From an uncultured Chloroflexia bacterium (GTDB taxonomy: Bacteria > Chloroflexota > Ktedonobacteria > Ktedonobacterales > JADMIN01), in NCBI GenBank assembly GCA_963702665.1, contig CAVPDP010000018.1, positions 59,130 to 123,129 on the forward strand: a stretch of 64,000 nucleotides of DNA, given 5' to 3'. Both the position numbers and the translations under genes were made by a program. Shown one piece after another: positions 40,518 to 50,904 of this stretch; the first letter of the stretch is position 1; every line of letters begins with the position of its first letter. The notes under the pieces are model-generated. The model ran no database searches, had not been told where the DNA came from, and saw nothing but the letters and a program-made list of their open reading frames with translations.

Positions 40518-40850
40518 GTGCCTAAGGTCACCTTCGTCAACGAAAAGAAAACCATCGAGGTCGAGCGCGGCGCGTCGTTGCGTTATGCCGCCATCGAAAA
40601 CGGCATCCCACTCTATTGCATGTGGTTTGGCCTCTCGAAGTTTGCCAACTGCCATGGCAATGGCCTCTGCTGGACCGACCGCGTGCGCATCACCCCAGCC
40701 AGCGCCGTCACGACGAAAACGGTGCTGGAAAAAGCGATGAACCAGTTTGGCTCGCTGCCGAAGAAGGGCGATCCAAACGTGCGCCTGGCGTGCCAGATCG
40801 AGGTGCTGGAAGACTGCGAAGTCAGGACGCGCTGCAAGGTCAAGCGCTAA
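40518..40850 (+). CDS. 2Fe-2S ferredoxin-like protein with atypical ligand set
   Basis: NCHGNGLCWTD...RLACQ. Confidence 0.8.
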   Translation: MPKVTFVNEKKTIEVERGASLRYAAIENGIPLYCMWFGLSKFANCHGNGLCWTDRVRITPASAVTTKTVLEKAMNQFGSLPKKGDPNVRLACQIEVLEDCEVRTRCKVKR

Positions 40851-40903
40851 GCGGCTCGGAGCGATGCGCGGGTTGCGAGAGTTGCGGAAGAACGGCGGAT
40901 AGT

Positions 40904-41128
40904 ATGCGGATTGATCGTGTGGTGAACGAGGGGGAGGCCGTCAACGGCCTGCAGCGGCTTGGATTCGAGGTGCAGCCTGCGCAGGGGCGCGCTGGCCTCT
41001 ATGAGGTGTCGCATCCTCAGGGCGGTGGCGCGCGGGTCTTTACCGTCGAGCAGTTGTGCAGCTTTGCCGAGGGGGCGCTGGTCATCGAAACGTTCCTGAA
41101 GGCGCCAGCAAGCGCGCAACAGGCGTAG
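40904..41128 (+). CDS. Small hypothetical protein (74 aa)
   Basis: Protein-like composition; co-oriented between the ferredoxin and the peptidase. Confidence 0.55.
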   Translation: MRIDRVVNEGEAVNGLQRLGFEVQPAQGRAGLYEVSHPQGGGARVFTVEQLCSFAEGALVIETFLKAPASAQQA

Positions 41129-41173
41129 GCCCGTCGCGAACCCGCAACACGCCGCAATCGCAGGGAGCCTGCT

Positions 41174-42433
41174 ATGGCTATCATGGCGCAGTGGCTACGT
41201 GTCTGGAAACGCCCGGTAAGACTCTGGGCGGTGGATGAAGATGCTGGGGCAACCGGGGCAACCGTGGAAGCGGTGGCCACGCTCGATAGCGCCCGCCAGG
41301 AGAAAGCCCACCGCTATGCGCGCCAGCGCCAGACGCTGATGCTGCTCAATCTGGGCATCAGCGCGGTGGTCATCGCTGTCTTGCTCTTGAGCGGGTTGAG
41401 TTTCTGGCTGCGCGATGCGCTCCATTTCGCCGCTGGCTGGCAACCTATCGCCGGATGGGAGCCGTGGCTCACGGCGCTGTACTTCCTCGTGTTGGGCGCG
41501 GCGGTCGCCATCATCGACGCGCCGCTTTCCTGGTATGGCGGCTATGTGCTGCCGCGCCGCTACGGCATCTCAACCCAGCGCTTTGGCGGGTGGGTGCTCG
41601 ACGGCCTCAAGTCGCTGGCGATCTCACTGCCTATCGAGATTCTGGCGGTTTTGTTCGTCTATCTGCTGCTGGCGGTCTCCCCGAATGCGTGGTGGCTCTG
41701 GACGGGGCTGGCGATTCTCCTCTTTACCGTGGTGGTGGCGAACCTCGCGCCGATCCTGCTGCTGCCGCTGTTCTACAAGCTGACGCCGCTGCCCGATGGC
41801 GATGTGAAGCAGCGGGCGCTGGCGTTGGCGGCGCAGGCCCATACGCGCGTGCGTGGCATCTATGCGATGAACATGAGCGCCAAGACCACGGCGGCCAATG
41901 CGGCGGTGATGGGGCTGGGCAACACACGACGCATCGTGATTGGCGATACGCTGCTCAACCACTACACGCCCGACGAGATCGAGGTCGTCGTCGCGCATGA
42001 GCTGGGCCACCAGGTACACCGCGACATCCCCAAGCTGATTTTCGTGCAGACGGTGACGATGCTCGGCGGGCTGTATCTGGTCAATCTGGCGCTGCACGCG
42101 GTCGTCGGCGCTTTCCCCGCCTACCAGGGGTTGTCTGACCCGGCGACGATGCCGCTGGTGGCCGCCGTGCTGGGCCTCTTCGGGCTGGTGATATTGCCGC
42201 TGACGAACGGCTTCAGCCGGGTTGTCGAGCGCCAGGCGGACGGCTACGCGCTCGAATCCACGGGCAAGGTCAGCGCGTTCATCAGCGCGATGACCCGGCT
42301 GGCCAACCAGAACCTCGCCGAACTGAGTCCCAACCCGCTGGTCGAGTTCTTCCTCTACAACCACCCCTCGATTGGCAATCGGCTGGCCTTCGCGCGCAAG
42401 TACGCGGAGAACGTTCGAGGCGCGCGGGACTGA
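41174..42433 (+). CDS. M48 family (Ste24-like) membrane metallopeptidase
   Basis: ANAAVMGLG, AHELGH, ERQADGYA, YNHPSIGNR; start may be GTG41231. Confidence 0.93.
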   Translation: MAIMAQWLRVWKRPVRLWAVDEDAGATGATVEAVATLDSARQEKAHRYARQRQTLMLLNLGISAVVIAVLLLSGLSFWLRDALHFAAGWQPIAGWEPWLTALYFLVLGAAVAIIDAPLSWYGGYVLPRRYGISTQRFGGWVLDGLKSLAISLPIEILAVLFVYLLLAVSPNAWWLWTGLAILLFTVVVANLAPILLLPLFYKLTPLPDGDVKQRALALAAQAHTRVRGIYAMNMSAKTTAANAAVMGLGNTRRIVIGDTLLNHYTPDEIEVVVAHELGHQVHRDIPKLIFVQTVTMLGGLYLVNLALHAVVGAFPAYQGLSDPATMPLVAAVLGLFGLVILPLTNGFSRVVERQADGYALESTGKVSAFISAMTRLANQNLAELSPNPLVEFFLYNHPSIGNRLAFARKYAENVRGARD

Positions 42434-42448
42434 TGGGTGAGGTGGCCA

Positions 42449-42600
42449 CCCTCTCCCCCTAGCCCCCTCCCCTAAAAGGGAGGGGGAACCAGAATCGTGG
42501 CGCAGTGGCCATCGCAGCTGGTCGCTCAGTCCCTCCCCTCGTAGGGGAGGGTGGCCGATAGGCCGGGAGAGGTCTGCCCAGCACCACATCTCAAACGGGC
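42449..42600 (-). repeat. Family A repeat
   Basis: TCCCTCCCCTCGTAGGGGAGGGTGGCCGATAGGCCGGGAGAGG. Confidence 0.85.
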
Positions 42601-42619
42601 GTGTTATAAGGAGAATGCG

Positions 42620-43851
42620 ATGAGCCGATGGCTCTACCTGCTGCTGATCGCGGCGCCACTGGCGCTGATCCTGCGCGCGGCGGGCGCGGGGCCGCTGACC
42701 GTCTTCGTCGTGGCGGCGCTGGGCCTCGTCCCGCTCGCCGGACTGATTGGCCTCGCCACTGAGGCGCTCGCCGAGCGCGTCGGCCCCACCATCGGCGGGC
42801 TGCTCAATGCGACCTTCGGCAACGCCGCCGAGATCATCATCGGCCTGACGGCGCTCGCTGCGGGTCTGCCGGATGTGGTACGCGCCTCACTCGCTGGCTC
42901 TATCATCGGCAACTCGCTGCTCGTGCTCGGTACAGCGATGGTTGTCGGCGGCTGGCGCTATCGCCGTCAACTCTTCGACGCGCGCACCGCGGGACAGTAC
43001 GCCTCGATGCTGGCGCTGGTGGTGGCGGGCCTGGCGATTCCCTCGTTGCTGTGGACTGTCGGCGAGGGCGGGCGACTTGGCCAGGCTGTCGTACGCGGCG
43101 ACGAGTTTCACCGGCTCAGCATCGGCGTCTCGGTGATTCTGCTGGCCTGCTATGTCGCTTACATTGCCTACACCGTCTTCGGCCTGCGGTCACACCCCGA
43201 CAGCATCATGCGCCCCACCGTCGCGGAGCCGGAGAATATGCAGGATACGGGGGATACGGAGGATACGGAGGAGATACAGAGGATAGCGAGCACGGCATGG
43301 GCGCGACTCGCCCCGCTACGCGTGCGGCGCATGGCGCAGGCGCGTCCGGGCGCTCGACGCTCGCGGCGCGCATCGCCGTTCTCTGGCATGCTGGGGTCTG
43401 GCTGCCCATCGCGGTGCTCGCTGCCGTCACGGCGACCACGGCCATCGTCTCGGAGACCCTCGTCGGAACCATCGAGCCGCTCACCGATCAGGTCGGACTC
43501 AATCCCTTCTTCGTCGGCCTGATTATCCTGCCAATCGTCGGCAACGCCGCTGAACACTTCACGGCGATTACCTCCGCTACCCACAACCATATGGAGATTG
43601 CCATGGCGATTACCGCTGGCTCCTCCATCCAGATCGCGCTGCTGGCGACCCCGGTGCTGGTGTTTGCGGGCGCGTTGATCGGCGCTCCACTCGACCTGAA
43701 CTTTTCGTTGCTGGAGGTGGCAATCTTCGGTTTCGTGGCGGGCCTCTATGCGCTCATCAGCCTCGATGGCGAGTCCACCTGGCTGGAGGGCGTGCTGCTC
43801 TGCGCCTTCTATCTCATCCTGGCGGTGGGTACCTTCTTCGCGCCAGCATAG
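42620..43851 (+). CDS. Ca2+/H+ antiporter (CAX family); frameshift near 43330
   Basis: [38 protein letters not shown]. Confidence 0.92.
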
Positions 43852-43854
43852 GCC

Positions 43855-44015
43855 GCAGACCTCACCCCCGGCCCCTCTCCTGCAGGAGAGGGGAGCCAGA
43901 AAGACGTGCGCATGCGTGGCCAGTCGCCACAATGGGTCGTCAGCCCCTCCCCTTGTAGGGGAGGGTGGCCGATAGGCCGGGAGAGGTCTGCTCACACAAC
44001 ATCGCAAACGGAGAT
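43855..44015 (-). repeat. Family A repeat
   Basis: CCTCACCCCCGGCCCCTCTCC...GGAGAGGGG...CCCTCCCCTTGTAGGGGAGGGTGGCCGATAGGCCGGGAGAGG. Confidence 0.85.
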
Positions 44016-44024
44016 GGATCACAC

Positions 44025-45650
44025 TCACTCCAGCGCGCCGTAACCACCTCGCCGCCGACCAGCGTCGCCGCGACCTCCGCCCCCGCGAGCCGCTCCGCTG
44101 GCAGCGTGAAGGGATTCTCGCCGAGCACGACCAGATCGGCCAGCTTGCCCGGCGTCAGCGATCCCTGGCGCGCCTCCTGGCCACCCGCATAGGCCGCGCC
44201 CACCGTATAGGCCTGGAGCGCCTGTTGCAGCGTCAGCGCCTGATCGGGCAGCCAGGGCGCCTGCTCCGGGTGAGTGTCGTCGCGGCGCACGATGGCGGCG
44301 TGCAGGATGCGTAGCGGGTCGGCGGTATCCACCGGCACATCGGAGCCGAGCGCCAGCGGAATACCCAGTTGGCGCATCGTCTGGTAGGCGTAGGCGCGCT
44401 TATGGCGGGCGCCCCAGAAGCGTTCAGCGGAGAAGCGGTCTACCACCGCATGGAACGGCTGCACCGAGCCGACGACGCCGAGACGCGCCATCCGCTGGAG
44501 GTCTTCGGGCGCCGCAAGCTGCACGTGCTCCAGCCGGAAACGGCGAATGGGCGAGTTGCCAGTATCCGCCGCCTGACGCAGCGTCGCCTCGATGCCGTTC
44601 AGTGCGGTATGCACCGCGCGGTCGCCGATAGCGTGGATGGCGAGATTGAGTCCGCCCGCAGCCGCCATGCGCACCGCGTCGATCACCTCTGGCTCGTCCA
44701 GCGCCAGCAGCCCGCGATTGTTCGGCTCGCCCTCATACGGATCGAGCAGCGCCGCCGTATGCGAACCCAGCGCGCCATCCATGAAGAGCTTGACGCCCGC
44801 GAAGCGCAGCCAGTCATCGCCAAAGCCCGCCTCAATACCCAGGCCCACCGCCTCTGGCAGCGACTCGCGCCGGATATAGAGCAGGATGCGCGGCTGCAGC
44901 GCGCCCTCGGCATGGAGCCGCTGCATCAGATGGAGGCTGTGGGCGTCCTCGATATTGTGGACGCCCGTGACGCCGCGCGCGCGTAGCTCCGCCAGCACCC
45001 GCCGCAACTCCGCCAGCAGCAGATCGTCGTCTATCGGCGCGGCCACCCGCTCGACCAGCGCCGTCGCTGGCCCCTCGAAGAGCATGCCCGTCGGCTCGCC
45101 AGCGCCATCGCGTTCGATGCGCCCGCCCGCCGGGTCAGGGGTCGCGGCGGTGATATTGGCGAGGCGTAGCGCGGCGGAGTTCACCCAGGCCGAGTGGAAA
45201 TCGTGGCTCGAAAGCACCACCGGATGCTCAGGCACGGCGGCGTCGAGTGATGCGCTTTGTGGGGAAGCGCTGATTTTGCCACTCGTTCACATCCCAACTC
45301 TGCCCATAGATCCACGTGCCCGCTGGCAGCGTCGCGGCGCGCTCGCGCACCCTGGCCACCGCCGCATCCTCCGAGGGAATGTGGCGCAGATCGACGTTCA
45401 GCCGCGCCTCGGCATAGTACGCGAGATGCGTATGGGCGTCGATGAAGCCGGGCAACACGGTGCGCCCACCGAGGTTGAGCGTGTCGGTGAGCGGGCCTGC
45501 CAGCGTGCGTATCTCGGCGTCGTCGCCCACCGCCAGGATGCGTCCCGACGAGCGATCAATCGCCAGCGCGGTCACGTGTGGGGTCGTCGCGTCCATCGTA
45601 TGGATGTCGCCGTTGAGCAGTAGCAGCACCGGGCGGCGTGAGAGTACCAT
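44025..45650 (-). CDS. YtcJ-like amidohydrolase (indels near 45250 and 44040)
   Basis: PGFIDAHTH, HSAWVNSAAL, KLFMDGALGS, IHAIGDRA, RLEH, GSDVP, GKLADLVVL. Confidence 0.9.
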
Positions 45651-45714
45651 GGGATCGTCTCCGTTTGGGTGAGTATAGGGTTCGTCGCGGGTTCTGCATA
45701 GATTGTGAATCATA

Positions 45715-45885
45715 CCATCTCCGTTTGAGATGTGGTGATGGGCAGAACCTCTCCCGGCCTATCGGCCACCCTCCCCTACGAGGGGAGGGATCAGGCGACC
45801 AGTGTGGCGACTGGCCGCGCGCCTCTGCCTCTGGCTTCTGGCTCCCCTCCCCTCGTAGGGGAGGGGCTGGGGGTGAGGTCTGCCC
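45715..45885 (+). repeat. Family A repeat
   Basis: AACCTCTCCCGGCCTATCGGCCACCCTCCCCTACGAGGGGAGGGA...GGGGAGGGGCTGGGGGTGAGG. Confidence 0.85.
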
Positions 45886-45918
45886 GCGCATACGCCAACA
45901 CCTGATGCGCAGGTGGTA

Positions 45919-48359
45919 TCAGTTGGCGGCGGGCGTCAAGCTGGCTTCCCATAACGCGCGCGCCTGCTGCTCATCCGGCAGTGTCGAGTGCGCGATGCGC
46001 CCGCCAGCCATGCGCAGCGAACACGTGAATGCGCCTGGATCGAACGACTGGCTGTGCGAGATCAGAAAGACCTGTGGGAACTGTTTGGCGATTGGCCCGC
46101 GTGTCAGCACGTCCACCAGCGCCTGCGACCGGCGGTCATCGAACGAACTGAGCGGCTCATCCAGAAAGATGAAGCCCGGCATCGCGCCCAGTTCTTTGGG
46201 CAGCGTCGCCAGCGCGAACGCCAGCCGTAGCGCGAGCGATACCTGATCGCGGGCGCCACCTGAGAAGAGATGCTTGCCGACAAATCGCCCCGCCTGTTCT
46301 TCCCAGATACCGATGTCCAGACTGGCCGAGTCGCCTTCGTCGTTGAGCAGCCTGACATCGCGATAGCGCCCATCGGTCAGCTCGGGCAGCAGCGCGCGCA
46401 TGTGTGTCTCGGTCTCCGGCAGCACACGCTGCACGATGCGCTTGAAGACCTCATCGGCCATTTCGGACGCCAGCCTGCGCTGTCGCAGTGACTGTTCAAG
46501 CTCATCATACGCGATCTGGCAGGTCTCCACATCGAGTGTCGCGGCGTCGAGTCCGTGCTGGTGGGCGAGCGTCTCCACCCGCAGGCGAAGCTGCTCCTCG
46601 ATGGCGCTGGCGCGTTCCAGTGTGGCGGCGAGCGCGATGGGATCGCCATCATGCGCCAATGCTGGCCAGCGCGCCACCAGCCCAGCCAGCGGCTCATCGC
46701 CCGTCGCCGACGCGATGCCCTGCTCCGCCAGCAGTGGCGCCAGCGTCGCTCGCTCATGCGCCCACTGCGCGGCGAGATCGTCGCAGAGTGCGCGCAGCTG
46801 TTGCTCGCGCGCATCCAGACTGCCCTGCGTGCGTTGCGTCGCCTGCACATCCAACCGCGCCAGCTCGGCCTGAAGCGGCTCCAGCAGCGCCTCGTGCGCC
46901 CGTCGCAGTTCTGCCGCAGACTCCAGCGCAGGCTTCCCATCTGGGATGGCGACGCCCGCCTGGGTGAGCGCCTCCGCCAGCGTCGCGTAGAGCCTGCGCG
47001 CAGGTGTCGCGGGCCGTCTCAGCCTGCCGCCGTTGGGCAGTGAGCGTCTCTGGGGTTTCCTGCTCGCCCGCGCCAACGCTGAAGCTCCGCACCGCCTCAT
47101 GCGTGGCGCGCAGTCGTATCATTTCGCGCTCAAGCGTCGCCAGCTTCGCGCGCCCGTCTGCCTCAGCCTCCTCGCTATTTTGCCAGCGGACAGTCAGAAC
47201 GACACCAACACCTAACAGGACAAATACTGGCAGCAGTAGCCAGGGTAGTTGGAGAAGCAGAATGACCGCAAGCACGACTGCAATAGCGAGGAACACGGCG
47301 ATAGCCAGCCAGTCCACTGGAGCGGGCACGGCGGCGCGCCAGCGCTATCTGCGCGCGCTGCTCGTGTTCAAGCGTCTCGGCGGCGCTGATATCGGCGTCC
47401 ACCTGCGCAAGCTGGGTACTTCTACTGTTCTCAAGCTCTGCGGCGCTGGCGCCGTGACCCTGACGCGCGCGCATCATCTCCAGCGCCGTCGCCTGCTGCT
47501 CTGCGTCGCGCAGTAGCCGCGCGTTTTCGTCGCTGCGGGCGAGTAACGCCGCCAGGGTCATGGCGCGCTGCGAGCGTTCACGCAGTTGGGCCGTCTCGTG
47601 TGTCACCGCGTGAGACTGCCCCGCGCCTCCTCAAGTCGCGCCGCAAGGGTGTCGCGCGCCACCAGCGCTGCCCGCGCCCGCGCCGCCCGCAACTGCGCCA
47701 TCGCGTGATGCGTGGCCTCCTCAGCGTCTCGCGCCTCCTGCCGCTGGCGGGCGACATCCAGCCTGACCTGCGCCTGCGCCAGCAGCGTCGCTATCCTTTT
47801 TCACCACCTTGAGATCCTGCTCGATCCGCTGGAGCGCCTCGATGCCGAGCAGTTTGGCTATCGCCATCTCACGGTCGGATGTCTTCAGCGTCTCGATGCG
47901 GTCAAGCGCCTGCTGCTCCATCAGGCACGAGTTGCGCAGCACATTGCTATCCAGGCCGTTCATCTCGGTGAGAATGCAGTCGTTGACCGCCTGCACCGCC
48001 GCGATCACCTCGACGGGCCTGCCGGGCCGCTGTATGCGTGCCTCTGCCTCGTGCTTCACCTGTCGCGGCCCGCGTGTCAGCGTGCGCGTAATCGCCAGTT
48101 CGGTGGCGCCAACCTGAATCGCCAACTCGACGCGCGCGTGCGCTTCGCCGTGTGGCAGCAGCGATTCGAGCGCGGGCGGCCCCGAATCCTCGCCCACCAG
48201 CGCCTTGCCGTAGAGCGCGAAATAGATCGCCTCGAACAGGGTGGATTTGCCCGACTCGTTGTGTCCCTCGATCAGCACGCTGCCATGCCGGGGTAGCCAG
48301 AGGTCGATGCCGCGCAGATGCTTGAATGCGGTGATGCGCAGATGTCGCAGCAGAATCAT
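45919..48359 (-). CDS. SbcC/Rad50-like (YhaN-type) SMC ATPase with central TM hairpin; multiple indels
   Basis: Walker A GHNESGKST; FSGG signature; FIFLDEP; ISH; coiled coils; hydrophobic hairpin ~47180-47315. Confidence 0.85.
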
Positions 48360-49666
48360 TGGCCGCGCTCGCCCTCTGCCGCGCTGATGCGCTCCCGCAG
48401 CAACTGCGCCGCCGCTTCGAGGTCGTCCGCCGCGCCGCTGGCCGATTGTCGCCGCGCCGCCACCAGCGCATCCAGTTCATCGAGCAGCGAGATCGGCCCG
48501 ATGCCGGGCGTTGGCGCCGACTCACCGGCCGTGGGGTCATATAGATACAGGTCACGGGTGTCGAGGTCGAGCGAGAAGGTACGCTCCTGGCCCAGATGGA
48601 GTATCTCGCGAATCGGCAATTGGTGATATTGCTCGCGGGTGAGCGGGCCAGACAGCCGCAGCCGGGTGATCGTCTCCGGCGTGCAGCCCTCCATCGCCCG
48701 CAGAACCGTTGCGAGCGGCGTCGCGGCGGGGGGCGTTTCCAGCAGGGCGGCGTCTCTGCCGACGAGCGCGCCGGTGACGCCACTGGCGAAGGCGCGGTTC
48801 TCCGGCCAGAGATTTTCCGTCGAGAGCGAGATGTCTGCCCGTGGCTGCGCGTCCAGGTGAATATGCTGGATATGCTGTGCGCCGTCGCGGGTCAGTTCCA
48901 GCCAGGCAAAGCCCGCGCCCCCAGCGTGCGCGCCGAACTCCATCACCTCGGTCGAGCCAGAGACGACCACGTCACGCGCGCCCATGCGCTTATGCGCGTA
49001 GCGGTGGATGTGGCCGGAGACGACGACGTTGAAGCGTGGATCGAGCGCGGCGAGGCTGGCGACGGTGACGGTGCGCTCGCCCTCGTTGGGCATGCTCAGC
49101 CCCTCGATGGCGGCGTGCAGCAAGAGCAGCCCAGCATCGGCCTGCGCCAGTGCGCCTTTGGGATCGTCCACGCGCACCTGCGCCAGCGGATCGCTCCCCG
49201 GCGGCGCGACGGGATTGTTGGTCAGCCCGGCGACGGCGATGCGCAGCCCGTTGATCTCCAGCAGCTCTGGCCGCAGGACATCATGCGCGCTGAAGTAGCG
49301 CAGGCCACCCAGCGCGGCATAGACCCACTGGGGTCCCGCGCCGCCGTGCTCCGTCCGCATGCGTGGCGTGTCGTGGTTGCCGCCGATGGCCACACAGATG
49401 ATGCCCGCCTGGCGCAGTCGTTCCAGCGCCTCGGCGACATAGGCGCGGTCGCGATTGGAGGGCGTCTGGTTGTCGAAGAGGTCGCCCACATGGGCAAAGA
49501 GGCGCGCGTGATGGGCGATGGCATATTCCACGGCGGCGCCGAACGCCTGGCATAAGCGCTCGCGGCGCTGTTCGCGGCGCTGTGGCGTCAGGCGGGGCAG
49601 CCGTGGCGAGAGATGATTGTCGCCGACTACGACGACCCCGACGGATGGCGATGATGACGGTTCCAG
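48356..49666 (-). CDS. SbcD/Mre11-like metallophosphoesterase nuclease (probable CTG start)
   Basis: GDNH, GDLFD, GGNHD, LLHAA and SGHIH motifs; motif I lies upstream of the first GTG; AAGGAG precedes CTG49666. Confidence 0.85.
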   Translation of the reverse strand: MEPSSSPSVGVVVVGDNHLSPRLPRLTPQRREQRRERLCQAFGAAVEYAIAHHARLFAHVGDLFDNQTPSNRDRAYVAEALERLRQAGIICVAIGGNHDTPRMRTEHGGAGPQWVYAALGGLRYFSAHDVLRPELLEINGLRIAVAGLTNNPVAPPGSDPLAQVRVDDPKGALAQADAGLLLLHAAIEGLSMPNEGERTVTVASLAALDPRFNVVVSGHIHRYAHKRMGARDVVVSGSTEVMEFGAHAGGAGFAWLELTRDGAQHIQHIHLDAQPRADISLSTENLWPENRAFASGVTGALVGRDAALLETPPAATPLATVLRAMEGCTPETITRLRLSGPLTREQYHQLPIREILHLGQERTFSLDLDTRDLYLYDPTAGESAPTPGIGPISLLDELDALVAARRQSASGAADDLEAAAQLLRERISAAEGERGQ

Positions 49667-49750
49667 GGCTACTGCTCCTTCGGGTAACGCGAATGGCGAC
49701 TCATGGCGACGTAAGCATGGGGACAGTGTATGCTCGTGTCCTGGCTCACG

Positions 49751-50503
49751 TCAATGCAGGGCGCGCGTCGCTGGACCTTCAGACGAGTGGCCCGCCCGTC
49801 GCAACGTCACCGGACGCTCGCGGGCGCCCCGGCGGATAGGCACGATGGTTCCCGCGAGAAACGCCTGCGCCCAGGCCAACTTTGCCTGTGGATCGAGGGT
49901 CGCCACCAGGGTCTTCCAGATGCGATCCCAGGTACCATCGGCCTCCCACTGGCTGAGGCGGCGCCAACACGTGACCCCACTGCCATATTCTGCCGGAAGG
50001 TCGTTCCAACGGCAACCGGTGCGCAGCACGTAGAGGATGCCCTCCAGCGTGCGGCGGTCGTTGGCGCGTGGGCGGCCCTCCCTGCGGCTGGCGGGCAAGA
50101 GCGGCTGAATGCGCGCCCATTGCTCGTCGGTCAGCGAGAGATCATGGATGAACTCGGTCTCCATCTGCTTGAGCAGCGTGGCGGGCAGCAGTGGTGATTC
50201 CTGAAGAAGCTGGCGGTCTTCGTCGTAATGCTGTACCGTCGTCTCCTGTACCAGCGCCGCCTCGCCGGGCAGAATCAGCGGATGATCCCAGGTATCGCCC
50301 GCGAATCCTTTGAGGCTTTCGAGGTCCGTCCAGACGGTGACGAGCACGAACTCATCGGGATACTCTGGCAGCGGTCGCCCAACGTGCAGCGTGACCAGCC
50401 CTGGCTGCGCGCGTAACAGCGGGATGCTCACGTCGTAGCACAATTTTTCAAATGCCTGGCGCGCTCCTGGCTTCAACCGGGCGCGAAAGACGCGAAGAAT
50501 CAT
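49751..50503 (-). CDS. ABM-like dimeric alpha/beta-barrel domain fused to an IS5-family transposase N-terminal (DUF4096-like) domain
   Basis: SD GGAGG; N-half MILRVFRARLKPG...FVLVTVWTDLESLKGFAG; C-half LTDEQWARIQPLLP...GILYVLRTGCRWNDLP...WRRLSQW...GTWDRIW. Confidence 0.85.
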   Translation of the reverse strand: MILRVFRARLKPGARQAFEKLCYDVSIPLLRAQPGLVTLHVGRPLPEYPDEFVLVTVWTDLESLKGFAGDTWDHPLILPGEAALVQETTVQHYDEDRQLLQESPLLPATLLKQMETEFIHDLSLTDEQWARIQPLLPASRREGRPRANDRRTLEGILYVLRTGCRWNDLPAEYGSGVTCWRRLSQWEADGTWDRIWKTLVATLDPQAKLAWAQAFLAGTIVPIRRGARERPVTLRRAGHSSEGPATRALH

Positions 50504-50659
50504 GGTGTTATACCTCCAGCCTGTTGCTTATTTGCCTCCCTATAGTACACGCTTTCCAACGCATGTGCGCGCCTTTTGAAATGGCGGCTTGACCACCAGC
50601 GCGCCGCCGATGATACTCCGAAGGGGAGGGCATAGGCGCATGCGGGTGATTTTAGGCCC

Positions 50660-50865
50660 AGGCGCGTGAACGCTGGCGAGATGGCAGGCGGTGGCGATGC
50701 CCAGGCGCGTGAACGCGCGGCTACGGGCTACGCTGCGAAGGCCGCCTCCGCGGCCTCCAGGCGAGACGGCCGCCTGGTCTTCTCTGTCTCTGCAGCCTGC
50801 GCAGGCAGGCTTCGCGGACGCGCGTGCGCGTCCCTTAGGCGCGGCTTCAGCCGCCAGCCGTCGGC
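50660..50865 (+). repeat. Family B repeat (long form)
   Basis: GCGCGTGAACGCGC, GAAGGCCGCCTCCGCGGCCTCC, GCAGCCTGCGCAGGCAGGC, GCGGCTTCAGCCGC; inverted copy at 57600-57790. Confidence 0.85.
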
Positions 50866-50904
50866 GACCCATACGACAGTGACAACAGCGACAGGTATAT
50901 ACGC

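Noticed and set aside
43241..43285. GGATACGG tandem repeats
   Set aside because: They encode an acidic loop ([11 protein letters not shown]) inside the Ca/H antiporter.
49751..50140. Active IS5 insertion sequence
   Set aside because: No DDE domain or visible terminal repeats; in-frame fusion to a host domain (reported as a finding instead).
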